From a virus: a DNA stretch of 64,000 nt. Both the position numbers and the translations under genes were made by a program. How positions within the stretch are numbered: position 1 is the first letter of the stretch; every line of letters begins with the position of its first letter. Of this stretch, positions 10,443 to 19,848 are shown piece by piece. The notes beneath the pieces are model-generated. The model made no database searches, was not told the origin of the DNA, and saw only the letters and a program-made list of their open reading frames with translations. The stretch lies in IMG/VR virus record IMGVR_UViG_3300003872_000001, positions 43,323-107,322 of that record, one strand, 5' to 3'.

Positions 10443-11888
10443 ATGGATAAGATAGAAACTAGGCATGAGTCAGTGGTAAATAGTTTATATAAAAGTATAT
10501 GTTATAAGTTAAGTAATGATAATAAAATTAGAATGTTCACTAAGGATCAATTAGATAAATATCTATTATCTAATGAAACATATAATACTATATTAAATAA
10601 TCTACAACATACACAAAATAAAGAAGACTACCCGGTATTAGACTATGTAGATAATGGTAGAAATGAAATATATTTAGACCATTTAACTATAGATACTAAA
10701 TCGGGCATATTGAAATTAACAGGTTCTAAAGTATGTAGTGTTTGTAAAAAGGAATTACCTTTAACAGATTTTGGTAAAACTGGTGTTAATAGTAGATCAG
10801 CTACCGGTAGACATTCAGCCTGTAAGAAATGTATTAGATTAAAAATGAAAGAGCCTAAACAACTATTATCTTTTATACATAGATATTTAGATAAAAATCC
10901 TAAAATAGATTTAAAATTTACTAGAGAAGAGATGTGGGATAGTTGGTTACGACCGGATAGTGAATTTATGAAGTTATATAACGCATGGGACAAAATAAAT
11001 ATAAATGATACTCCGAGAATAGAACTCATTGATAAAACTAAACCTTATACATTAGATAATATAAGGCCAATCACTATGAGAATACTTAAACGATTAGCTA
11101 AAGAATCCACTACTAAAGTATGTCAAAAATGTAAAAAAGAATTACCTAAAGAAGCATTCTCTATAAATAGTAAAACTAAAGATGGTAGAGATACTACTTG
11201 TAAACAGTGTACTATAAACGAAAGTAGAGATTTTCATAAGTTAGGATGGCGTATGTATAATGGTATGGTTGGTCGTAGTAAACGTAGAGGGCATGCGTTA
11301 CCGACATATGATAAATATGAGTTTCAAAAATGGTTAGAGAACCAACCTAATTACAAAACACTATACAATAATTGGAAAGAACATAATTGGAACGAAAATT
11401 ATTCTCCTAGTATTGACAGAATAAATAATTATATAGGTTATACTTTAGATAATATACAATTAACTACACGGGAAGCTAATAATGGTAAAGAGAGAATTCC
11501 TGTTTTACTATATGATAAAAGGGGCAATCTCTTAAAGTATTTTGTTAATATAAAAAATTGCGCAGAATATCTAGAGATACACCCAGTTACTATTTTTAGG
11601 AATGTTAAAAAAGGTAAATTTTACTATAATGAACATATAGTTATACCTGAAAGAATATTTTCTGAAATGTTATTAAAATCTATATTAAAAAGAGTAGTTA
11701 CTATAGTAGACAATAAAGATAAAATTTTATCTATAGGTAAAAAAGGTAACATTAAAGTGTATGATAATATTAAAGATTGCTCTAGTGATACTAATGATTC
11801 TCCTAAAGCTATTAATAATATATTAAGATCCGGTAATAAAAGAAAATTTAGCAAGAATGGTTATACATATGAAAAACTAGTTAAGTAG
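10443..11888 (+). CDS. Free-standing HNH-like homing endonuclease with Zn-ribbon repeats and NUMOD1-like HTH domains
   Basis: Two CxxC...CxxC modules, SPSIDRINNYIGYTLDNIQL...AN nuclease motif, C-terminal FVNIKNCAEYL and YDNIKDCS HTH repeats. Confidence 0.7.
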   Translation: MDKIETRHESVVNSLYKSICYKLSNDNKIRMFTKDQLDKYLLSNETYNTILNNLQHTQNKEDYPVLDYVDNGRNEIYLDHLTIDTKSGILKLTGSKVCSVCKKELPLTDFGKTGVNSRSATGRHSACKKCIRLKMKEPKQLLSFIHRYLDKNPKIDLKFTREEMWDSWLRPDSEFMKLYNAWDKININDTPRIELIDKTKPYTLDNIRPITMRILKRLAKESTTKVCQKCKKELPKEAFSINSKTKDGRDTTCKQCTINESRDFHKLGWRMYNGMVGRSKRRGHALPTYDKYEFQKWLENQPNYKTLYNNWKEHNWNENYSPSIDRINNYIGYTLDNIQLTTREANNGKERIPVLLYDKRGNLLKYFVNIKNCAEYLEIHPVTIFRNVKKGKFYYNEHIVIPERIFSEMLLKSILKRVVTIVDNKDKILSIGKKGNIKVYDNIKDCSSDTNDSPKAINNILRSGNKRKFSKNGYTYEKLVK

Positions 11889-11939
11889 CTAAATTCTAAT
11901 ATTTCTTGAATGTTCCAAAATAAAAATAAGGTTAATGTC

Positions 11940-12812
11940 ATGACAGAAAATGTATTAAAAGAATATAGGTTAGCTATAGAGAGTTTACCTAATTTAAAAC
12001 AACGCGTAGATATGTTAGAATCTTCTAATGAGAATTTAGGAGCTGTATTCAATAGTGTCTCAGGATTTATAACATCACAATTCACAGCTATATATAATAC
12101 CTTTAGTAATAACAGCAGTAGATTAGAGAAGGTTAATAAAAAAGATCTAAGCGAACAAGCGAAAGACCTTATTAAAACTAAAAAAGATATAGCTAAAATT
12201 ATATCTAGTAAAGAAATGGCTACTTTACATAATATTGAAGTGCCTGTACCACTAGGTATGAAAGTAGATATGCTTACTGCATCAAGTTATCTAAATACAG
12301 CAACTACTAGAATCTCTAAAAAGATATTAGTGTATATATACGAAGTAGATACATTAGTTAGTAAAATGTTAGCTGACGCTGACTATAGGAAGAAACTTAA
12401 ACCAGGCAAAATGTTCTTTGAAATACGAAGTGACTCTAATGATAATTTAGATAATATAAAAGCTATCATTGATGAAAATGGTGTTAAAGATAGGATGACT
12501 CTAGATAACCTTTTACCTAACTTAAATAGTTTAAATTCAATTTTAGCTAATTTAAATAGTGCTAATAACACACTCACTTATAGTAAGGTAAAAAAAATAG
12601 CAGAATCTATAAATGAATTAAGTAGCAAAATAAATGATTTATACGAATATTATACTGATAATAAAGATCTCGGTATAACTAAATCTAGTATATCTGAATT
12701 AGCTTATGGTGTAGAAAATCTAGCAGATTATACTACTAGTAGTATAACAGTTTTCTATTTAGTTAACCAACTGAATAGTTCATTTGTCAATATGATAAAA
12801 TTAATAAAATAA
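11940..12812 (+). CDS. Putative virion (inner head) protein
   Basis: Helical protein with AIE/SNE protease-type sites near the N-terminus, located between uvsX and RNase H as in phiKZ-like phages. Start uncertain (11910 or 11940). Confidence 0.5.
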   Translation: MTENVLKEYRLAIESLPNLKQRVDMLESSNENLGAVFNSVSGFITSQFTAIYNTFSNNSSRLEKVNKKDLSEQAKDLIKTKKDIAKIISSKEMATLHNIEVPVPLGMKVDMLTASSYLNTATTRISKKILVYIYEVDTLVSKMLADADYRKKLKPGKMFFEIRSDSNDNLDNIKAIIDENGVKDRMTLDNLLPNLNSLNSILANLNSANNTLTYSKVKKIAESINELSSKINDLYEYYTDNKDLGITKSSISELAYGVENLADYTTSSITVFYLVNQLNSSFVNMIKLIK

Positions 12813-12821
12813 GGAAACAGA

Positions 12822-14126
12822 ATGAAGTTATTCGACTTAAGTAATGAAGAAGTAGTTGCTACTGAAGCATATGTACCAAATGAAGATATGGTTGAAGAAA
12901 TAACTAACCTACAGAATGAGATAGTTATGAGTTGTGAGGCTATGACTGAAGGTCTAGCTACAGTTGAAAGACTAGAGACTATGTTAGCTAGTCACGAGAA
13001 TCTACCAAAGAATATTAAGTCTGATGTAGCTTATTGTAATGTAGCTACAGAGAACATCTCTATGGTATGTGCTAATATAGGCCTAACTCCGTCAGTACAA
13101 GTATCTGTAGAGTCTATAGATGATAAAGAACTAGGATCGCTATCTACTGAAGATATTAAAGATACTATACAAAAAATAATAAATGCAATCAAGAAGATGT
13201 TCTTGAAAGTAGCAGCTAAGATCAAACAGTTCATAACTAAACTAGTTCATAATGGTAGAAGACTAGATGCTAGATTGGATGCATTTAAAAAAATAGTTAA
13301 TGACTCTAAAGCAGAAGATGTGCAAGATGAAAAGAAAGAAATTTTATTAAAGAAATTAAAGAAATTCACAACTTTATTTTCAGCTGCATTAGATGATGGC
13401 GCTTCTGGTTCATTAACACTTAAACAACTTGATACATTAATTAGCTTTAGTTCAGAATACAAAAACGTGGATAGTTCTATTGAAGTACCAGAAGAATTAA
13501 TGAATGCTTTCATGAATGGTTTTGCTGACCCTGAAAATGAAGACAAAATATGGGCCGATATCGTTAAACGTTACGAGCATAATTATAAAACTCTATTCGG
13601 TAAACTATTACATAATCTGGCTAAGAATAAAATAGAAGGAGATGACGAAAAAAAAATTGTAACTGATATAAAAATACAGCCAATACGCGTGGATGGTGAT
13701 GTGATTTCCGGTATGATATACTACATGTATACCAAGAATAAAGATAAAGAACCAGAACTTATGTTAAAATTTATGAGCTTTAAATGTGACCAAGATCGGG
13801 TATTCCATGATACTTCAAGTGAGAAAGTTTCTGTTCCGGATTTAGCAGATGTTAAAAAATTTATATCTGGTATTGAAAAGCCTAGTTCCGTATTAAGTAA
13901 ATTATCTAAAGGTGGTGAAGAAGATTTAGACACAACTGAAAGATCTATTAAAAGATTAGAAGAAATTGTCAAAGACGATGATAGTGAAAGTGTTCGTATT
14001 AGTTCAAAAATTAATGAAATATATAGTATAGTTCCTAAAGTAGTTAATGGTAATATTATTAACTATTATAACAATATTGTTAATATATTAGATTTATTTT
14101 CTGCATATATTGTAGTTAAAAAATAA
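12822..14126 (+). CDS. Inner-head/ejection protein, phiKZ gp93/gp162-like paralog family
   Basis: Acidic propeptide with several S/A-x-E sites (ATE, SCE, SVE, STE) followed by DIKDTIQKIINAIKKMF. Confidence 0.6.
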   Translation: MKLFDLSNEEVVATEAYVPNEDMVEEITNLQNEIVMSCEAMTEGLATVERLETMLASHENLPKNIKSDVAYCNVATENISMVCANIGLTPSVQVSVESIDDKELGSLSTEDIKDTIQKIINAIKKMFLKVAAKIKQFITKLVHNGRRLDARLDAFKKIVNDSKAEDVQDEKKEILLKKLKKFTTLFSAALDDGASGSLTLKQLDTLISFSSEYKNVDSSIEVPEELMNAFMNGFADPENEDKIWADIVKRYEHNYKTLFGKLLHNLAKNKIEGDDEKKIVTDIKIQPIRVDGDVISGMIYYMYTKNKDKEPELMLKFMSFKCDQDRVFHDTSSEKVSVPDLADVKKFISGIEKPSSVLSKLSKGGEEDLDTTERSIKRLEEIVKDDDSESVRISSKINEIYSIVPKVVNGNIINYYNNIVNILDLFSAYIVVKK

Positions 14127-14133
14127 GTATAGT

Positions 14134-14167
14134 TATACGCTAGTAGCTAATATGCTACTAGTGTATA
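14134..14167 (+). terminator. Intrinsic terminator (CTAGTAGC family)
   Basis: tatacgctagtagc-taatat-gctactagtgtata. Confidence 0.7.
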
Positions 14168-14221
14168 TAACTTTTAAATTACTTATTTCATTAGTGGAAA
14201 ATAGAAAATAAAGGTTAAGAA

Positions 14222-15649
14222 ATGTCTAAAACTAAAGAAGAGAATGATATTGAAGTAGAACCTACATATCATATGGTTATATATTGTGATGGAAGTGCTG
14301 GGCCTACTAATCCCGGATTCTATGGTACTGGTATACATGGTTATATTTATAGTAATAAAAGTATAGGTATGAAAAATGGTGACCGGCCTAATAAGTTTAT
14401 GATAACCGATATGGGGTATATAGAAAATGGTCAAATGAGTGATAAGGCTAATACTATTATTCCATTAGTCTACTTAGATGGCTATAGGTCTAATAATGGT
14501 ATAAATAGTAATAATGCTGCTGAAATAGATGGTATACAAATAGCTATAGAAACTGCTCTGGATAATTCTAAATATAAAATATCGTCTATCTATATTAAAA
14601 CAGATAGTCTATATGCTATGGGTGTTTTTGAGAAAGCTAAAGGGAGTGTGAAAATTTGGGATACACCAGACAGACCTAATATCGAAAGATATTGGTTAGC
14701 TAAGGATATATTAGAAAGAGCTAAAGAAGTTAACCTTGAAATTAATATTATTAAAGTACTTGGACATAGTACTGCTATCGGTAATCATTTAGCTGATAGG
14801 ATGGCATTCTTAGGTAGAGATATGAGTGGTAAGTATTCTAAAGATGAAACTATTATTAAATATACCGAACCAAAATACTGGAAGCCTAAAATAATTAAAA
14901 ATTCTCTTATTAATTTTAAGAATTTATACTTTATGAAAGGTCTGACTAATCCTAATATGTATTCTATATTAAATTATGGTGATGTGGAATTAGGTAAAAA
15001 AACAAACACAGCAACATTTGGGCTAGTTAAATTAAATGAGCCTATTACATATATTAATAATATTATAGATCAATTTAACAGGTATCTAGGAACTAAAGCA
15101 GTTATTTCAACTATAGATCTTAGTGTACTTTATTCGCAACGCATGATGCATTATTATGATTTATTTAAAGATGAAATACTTATTCCTAATCCTAGAGGTA
15201 GAAAATACTTAGCTGTTCTAGAAGAAGATATAGTGTGTAGTGAAGTATACCCGCCTGGATTAGCTAAAAGTGCCCTAGACAAGACTTTGATACTTAATAA
15301 TATCATCTATGATTATGAACATGAGAAGAATATGTTCCACTATGTAGATATAACAGATAAGATTTATGGTGTGGACAGTAAAGGTAAACCTAAAACTCTA
15401 CTAACACAAACTGATACTATAATAGATGTTACTATAGAATGTGGTGTTGTTAAATTAGAAGTAGGCACAGATATAATAAATAGAAATTTACTTAAGAAGA
15501 TTGAAAATGAAGAAACTAAAGTTTATTTAGTTTATGTATATAAAAGTAAAACTAGTGTACAATACTGGACCTTAGTTGATGCTACTAAGGTTAATAATAT
15601 TGGTGTGTACTGTAATTTTTATACTGGTTATTTATTCTGTAAAAAGTAA
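14222..15649 (+). CDS. Ribonuclease HI-domain protein, phiKZ gp155-like
   Basis: IYCDGS, SNNAAE, IKTDSLY and GHSTAIGNHLAD RNase H catalytic motifs. Confidence 0.85.
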   Translation: MSKTKEENDIEVEPTYHMVIYCDGSAGPTNPGFYGTGIHGYIYSNKSIGMKNGDRPNKFMITDMGYIENGQMSDKANTIIPLVYLDGYRSNNGINSNNAAEIDGIQIAIETALDNSKYKISSIYIKTDSLYAMGVFEKAKGSVKIWDTPDRPNIERYWLAKDILERAKEVNLEINIIKVLGHSTAIGNHLADRMAFLGRDMSGKYSKDETIIKYTEPKYWKPKIIKNSLINFKNLYFMKGLTNPNMYSILNYGDVELGKKTNTATFGLVKLNEPITYINNIIDQFNRYLGTKAVISTIDLSVLYSQRMMHYYDLFKDEILIPNPRGRKYLAVLEEDIVCSEVYPPGLAKSALDKTLILNNIIYDYEHEKNMFHYVDITDKIYGVDSKGKPKTLLTQTDTIIDVTIECGVVKLEVGTDIINRNLLKKIENEETKVYLVYVYKSKTSVQYWTLVDATKVNNIGVYCNFYTGYLFCKK

Positions 15650-15764
15650 TATCTGTATACTAGTAGGCAACTACTGGTATACTTGTAAGCATTTCTTGAA
15701 TAATATGTAACCTTTAGTTATTAAAAAGAGGTTCATTATGTTAAATATGAAAAATTAATAAGGA

Positions 15765-16178
15765 ATGATTATGTCTGATAATAGTATATTTACCGATGAC
15801 GAAAAAGAAATATTAGAACTTACTAAAAAAGTAAGAATCGATGCTTTAAAATCTTTAACAAAAAATGGCTCACCTGTAAAAACTAATGAACTAAGAATAT
15901 TAAATGAAATAAGTACATCTTTAGATAAGGTTGTACAAGATTCTGCGTCAAATAGACTTAAGTCAGAGGATGTTAAAAATAGTAGTGCCACTGTAGATTT
16001 AGTTAGGGAGACATTATTAAATGCTCAGAAGATTAAAAGTAAAATGACCATGAATACTGTACGTGAATTAGATAGCAATTTTAAATTAGAACATATTGTT
16101 CCCGGTCATACTGATATCAACCCTGGTAAACTAGAGCCTTCTGAATTTATAGATATTAACGATGGAGATGCCAAATGA
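15765..16178 (+). CDS. Hypothetical protein, phiKZ gp156-like
   Basis: ORF directly after RNase H, AAGGA RBS, consistent synteny. Confidence 0.5.
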   Translation: MIMSDNSIFTDDEKEILELTKKVRIDALKSLTKNGSPVKTNELRILNEISTSLDKVVQDSASNRLKSEDVKNSSATVDLVRETLLNAQKIKSKMTMNTVRELDSNFKLEHIVPGHTDINPGKLEPSEFIDINDGDAK

Positions 16179-16978
16179 TAATCAACTCACAAAGAACTAT
16201 ATACGCACTAGACATGCAATCACATATGATGCTAGGTATGCCATATGAAACATTACCGAATACTACATTAAATGAAAAATATAATTTTTTAACTAACTTA
16301 ACTACAAATGGTGTATATCCTACTATTAAATATCTGGTAATAGGTAAGGGCGGTACACCTAAGTTCACTAATAGTCTAATGAAGCACTCTGCACACACAG
16401 CTAAAGATGCAGCACTATTCGAACAAGTTCCTTTTGTGATGAAAACACATGAGACTGATTTGTCTGCAGCAGACCAAGCTAAATATAGATTTAGATTTAT
16501 AGAGATTCATAATGGTGTAGAATATGTATGTTACTATTTAAAAATTATTCCATCGATTGATTTAAATCGTGGTATTTACCAGGTTAATGTTGTTGGTAAT
16601 GATGGTAAGTTAGGTTACTTCGACACAAACAGAAGCGATATATTACTACCTAAACCAGCGGCTAATATAAATTATTTAGATACAGCAAATAGTGTTTACC
16701 TTGCAAAAAGTATGAAAGTTATGTTCGAGATGACTATTGATGATATAGACAACCTTAAAGAAGTATATAAAATACTTTATAAGGAACCTGTTAACATAAC
16801 TGAAATTGGAGTTTGTAGCGGGATTGACACACCTATTGCTAGTGGAGCTATTGAGGCTAAATGCGTACAACTTAATTACTTTGTAGGAGTAGACATTAAT
16901 CTGGTAGAAGATCTTGACGCCAATGGCCAGTTTATTAGATCGATAGAAATTGGTGGTAGTGAAATGTTAATAATGTAA
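16175..16978 (+). CDS. Virion structural protein, phiKZ gp157-like
   Basis: NTTLNEK, YLVIGKGG, ALFEQVPFV, YYLK, ITEIGVCSG motifs. Confidence 0.6.
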   Translation: MIINSQRTIYALDMQSHMMLGMPYETLPNTTLNEKYNFLTNLTTNGVYPTIKYLVIGKGGTPKFTNSLMKHSAHTAKDAALFEQVPFVMKTHETDLSAADQAKYRFRFIEIHNGVEYVCYYLKIIPSIDLNRGIYQVNVVGNDGKLGYFDTNRSDILLPKPAANINYLDTANSVYLAKSMKVMFEMTIDDIDNLKEVYKILYKEPVNITEIGVCSGIDTPIASGAIEAKCVQLNYFVGVDINLVEDLDANGQFIRSIEIGGSEMLIM

Positions 16979-16992
16979 ATTAAGGAGGATCT

Positions 16993-17547
16993 ATGGATAC
17001 AATTAATATTTTAGCAATAGATCCTGGTGGGAATACAGGTGTTTCTATATTTACTATAAATGTAGTTACTATTGAAATCGTTAATATAGAAACATTTTTT
17101 ATAGATTTAGAATATTATGATAAAGATAATGATTATGAAAAACTAAAAAATAAACTATTAGGTTTAAGCGTTAGCATAAAACATATAATAGATGTTTATA
17201 ATCCACACATACTAGCAATTGAAGATACATTTGTAAATTATAGATTTCCCAAATCAGCAATTTATCTTTCCCAATATATAGCAACTATTGAACTAGCTGT
17301 AATGTCGTCTAATAAATTTATTAAAATATATAAATATCCTCCTAAACTTATAAAATATTATGTAGGAGCTAAAGGTAATGCCGATAAAGATATGATGTTA
17401 GCTAGAGTAGCTCTTATACCTGAGATAACTAAATATATTAACCCATACCATATAACTGAACATGAAATCGATAGTTTAGCTATAGGTTATATTACTATAA
17501 ATTTTATACGAGAAGATCCTTTACAATTATTAATCCTTTGTAGTTAG
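16993..17547 (+). CDS. ruvC: RuvC-like Holliday junction resolvase
   Basis: ILAIDPG, LAIEDTF, KGNADKD and HEIDSLAIG motifs. Confidence 0.85.
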   Translation: MDTINILAIDPGGNTGVSIFTINVVTIEIVNIETFFIDLEYYDKDNDYEKLKNKLLGLSVSIKHIIDVYNPHILAIEDTFVNYRFPKSAIYLSQYIATIELAVMSSNKFIKIYKYPPKLIKYYVGAKGNADKDMMLARVALIPEITKYINPYHITEHEIDSLAIGYITINFIREDPLQLLILCS

Positions 17548-17549
17548 TA

Positions 17550-17688
17550 AAACTTCATCCTTCAGAGCTGGGTAACACTAGAGTGTTACAACTAGTAATA
17601 TAACTATCAAGTACTATAGGTAGGGAACCGACCTTAGCTGCTCTTAGAGTAGTCTAGAAGCCACCTCGTTCGCAAAGTGGTAGTTCAC
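17550..17688 (+). mobile_element. Degenerate IS200/IS605-family right-end (omega-RNA-like) remnant without tnpA/tnpB
   Basis: GC-richer intergenic segment with GGTAGGGAACCGACC and a terminal GAAGCCAC...GTGGTAGTTCAC hairpin resembling tnpB-element right ends. Confidence 0.5.
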
Positions 17689-17784
17689 TAATGATATAAC
17701 ATACTATTAGGTATTACCTAATAGTGTGTAAATATTTGACATATATCACTTCCCTGAATGAAGAAAATATAAATAGGAGGAGCT

Positions 17785-18264
17785 ATGATTAAAAGGATTA
17801 TAAATAAGTTACAAAATTATTTAAATATACATAATGAAGACCCAATCATAGTAAAAATTAATAAATTAGAATCACATATTTCTAAATATGAATTTAATCC
17901 TTATTTAACAGCAAGTAATATAGAAGTCATACATCCAGATATATTGATCTATACAAAAGCCATTAATGACTTACTTGCACAAAATTTATCTAAAAATTAT
18001 ATTAAGGTACAACCTATAAATAAGAATAGTGTATTAACAGTCCATATAGGTACCTTCTGGACTGATCAAGGCAATTTACTAACAAATACTAATGCAGCTT
18101 TTAAAGAGTGGCTAGAGGCCTCTAAAGAGCTTATTAATAGATACAATATAAATATCAAATTAGTAGGATCTGGTATACCATATAGTAATGCAGTCAAACT
18201 ACAACCATACATCACTAATATAAGGAGTATAATCAATACATTGGAATTAGATTACTTCTCTTAG
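17785..18264 (+). CDS. Hypothetical protein
   Basis: 159 aa with AGGAGG RBS. Confidence 0.6.
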   Translation: MIKRIINKLQNYLNIHNEDPIIVKINKLESHISKYEFNPYLTASNIEVIHPDILIYTKAINDLLAQNLSKNYIKVQPINKNSVLTVHIGTFWTDQGNLLTNTNAAFKEWLEASKELINRYNINIKLVGSGIPYSNAVKLQPYITNIRSIINTLELDYFS

Positions 18265-18298
18265 TTACCAGAAGTAAGTATTTGAGATATGTGCGTAT

Positions 18299-18332
18299 TT
18301 GATTCTAAACAGAAACAAGTATATAATATTAA
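18299..18332 (+). promoter_or_regulatory. Conserved phage promoter, copy 1
   Basis: TTGATT-ctaaacagaaacaagta-TATAAT-attaa; one of four related copies. Confidence 0.7.
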
Positions 18333-18396
18333 AATAAGCATAACAATCAATGTTGTGTAAGCCATCACCAAGTATGGTGATATAAAAGGAAACTTT

Positions 18397-18810
18397 ATGA
18401 ATAAAGGTAAGATCAAGTTAGAGGAAATAACAACTTTCCAAGAAGGAACAATATTAACGAAACTATGGCGTAATATTTTACATGATATTAACTATATAAA
18501 TAATTTAGAATATTTAGTTAATAGATATGTCAATAAGACTAAATCTTCTGTTAATATGGTTAATAGACGAACTAAGTCGTCACTTATTAAAAATATAACA
18601 GCCAAAGATATGAGTTGGAGAACTTTTATAGATTTAATATTTAATGTCTTAGATATCAAATTTATGACAATTAGTATTAAGTTAGATCATGCTGACGGTA
18701 CTAGTACTGTGCACCATATTAAAACAGCTAAACCAATTATTAAAAAGACACTTAAGGGAGTCATAGATGGAGATACAGATGAAGAAACAAATGATAAAAA
18801 GTCTATATGA
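18397..18810 (+). CDS. Hypothetical protein (conserved phiKZ-like)
   Basis: 137 aa with LTKLWRNIL...MSWRTF; AAGGA RBS. Confidence 0.55.
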   Translation: MNKGKIKLEEITTFQEGTILTKLWRNILHDINYINNLEYLVNRYVNKTKSSVNMVNRRTKSSLIKNITAKDMSWRTFIDLIFNVLDIKFMTISIKLDHADGTSTVHHIKTAKPIIKKTLKGVIDGDTDEETNDKKSI

Positions 18811-19231
18811 CACAATAACAGAAACACGATCACCAGAATTAAAAAAGCTATCTGATTTCTTTAAAGAGATATATAAATATAATGTACATACTCTATCTAC
18901 AGAGATAAGTATAAATAAACTTATGGGATATATTTATGAAAATGATACAGACACCATCTTTGACTTTTTATATAGATTGAAGTACAACTTACTTTTAGCT
19001 AATTGTGAAGATGCTTTGCAGACTGTAAGTAAACTAAATAAGAATGATAAATTGTTCTTAAAAAGTAAATATATAGATAAAACATTATCTGCAATTATGA
19101 CATATAATTTTGATAATACAGATGAATTTGTAGAGCTGGTTGTCTTATTAAGATTAAATATTAATTATGTTATAAAAGATATTATATTTAAAATGGAAGG
19201 AAATGATGATGTACCAAATAACAATGAATGA
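18767..19231 (+). CDS. Hypothetical protein
   Basis: Overlapping operon ORF with GGAG RBS. Confidence 0.5.
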   Translation: MEIQMKKQMIKSLYDTITETRSPELKKLSDFFKEIYKYNVHTLSTEISINKLMGYIYENDTDTIFDFLYRLKYNLLLANCEDALQTVSKLNKNDKLFLKSKYIDKTLSAIMTYNFDNTDEFVELVVLLRLNINYVIKDIIFKMEGNDDVPNNNE

Positions 19232-19781
19232 TATTGAAGGTAAAGATTATATCAATATTAGCACATATAGTAAAATTAAAGTAGGTAAGCAACTTGCGCC
19301 AGGATACCCTACATCTTTTAAAACGATATTAGGTACTACTGGAAGTATCAAGAATGCATTAAGTTTCCTTACCATCAAAGGTTTCCCCGTTAAACTCATA
19401 GGTAAGAAACGATTAACCTCATATGACGTTAAATCCCTACAAACTAAAGAGTCGGTTAAAATAGATAACTATAAAGCTTATTTAATTTATTTCATAAGTC
19501 TCAGAATACTAAATGATCCCGAGCTACTTGAGGCATTAAAGAAACTCCCAAAAGATATTAAATTCACTAGCTTTAATACCTGTACAGATAAAATACTAGA
19601 CTGTAAAAGTAGGTTATATAATAGTAATCAAAATATGTATTGTGATGTAGTAAGTGAATTATTCGCACTAATACAAGATGATAAATTTGATAATACTTCT
19701 ATTCAAAAATTTGTAATAGATAATAAGTCTAAAGATATTGAACTGTTTACTTGTTTACCGAATCCAGTTTCTATAATCTAA
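19203..19781 (+). CDS. Hypothetical protein
   Basis: 192 aa with EGKDYINISTYSK..GKQLAP N-terminus. Confidence 0.55.
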   Translation: MMMYQITMNDIEGKDYINISTYSKIKVGKQLAPGYPTSFKTILGTTGSIKNALSFLTIKGFPVKLIGKKRLTSYDVKSLQTKESVKIDNYKAYLIYFISLRILNDPELLEALKKLPKDIKFTSFNTCTDKILDCKSRLYNSNQNMYCDVVSELFALIQDDKFDNTSIQKFVIDNKSKDIELFTCLPNPVSII

Positions 19782-19803
19782 TCTATTAAGAAGACATAAC
19801 TTG

Positions 19804-19841
19804 TTGTATACCTATAGCCTTATTTGGCTATAGGTATACAA
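19804..19841. terminator. Bidirectional terminator
   Basis: 16-bp stem ttgtatacctatagcc/ggctataggtatacaa between convergent genes. Confidence 0.8.
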
Positions 19842-19848
19842 TCATTAG

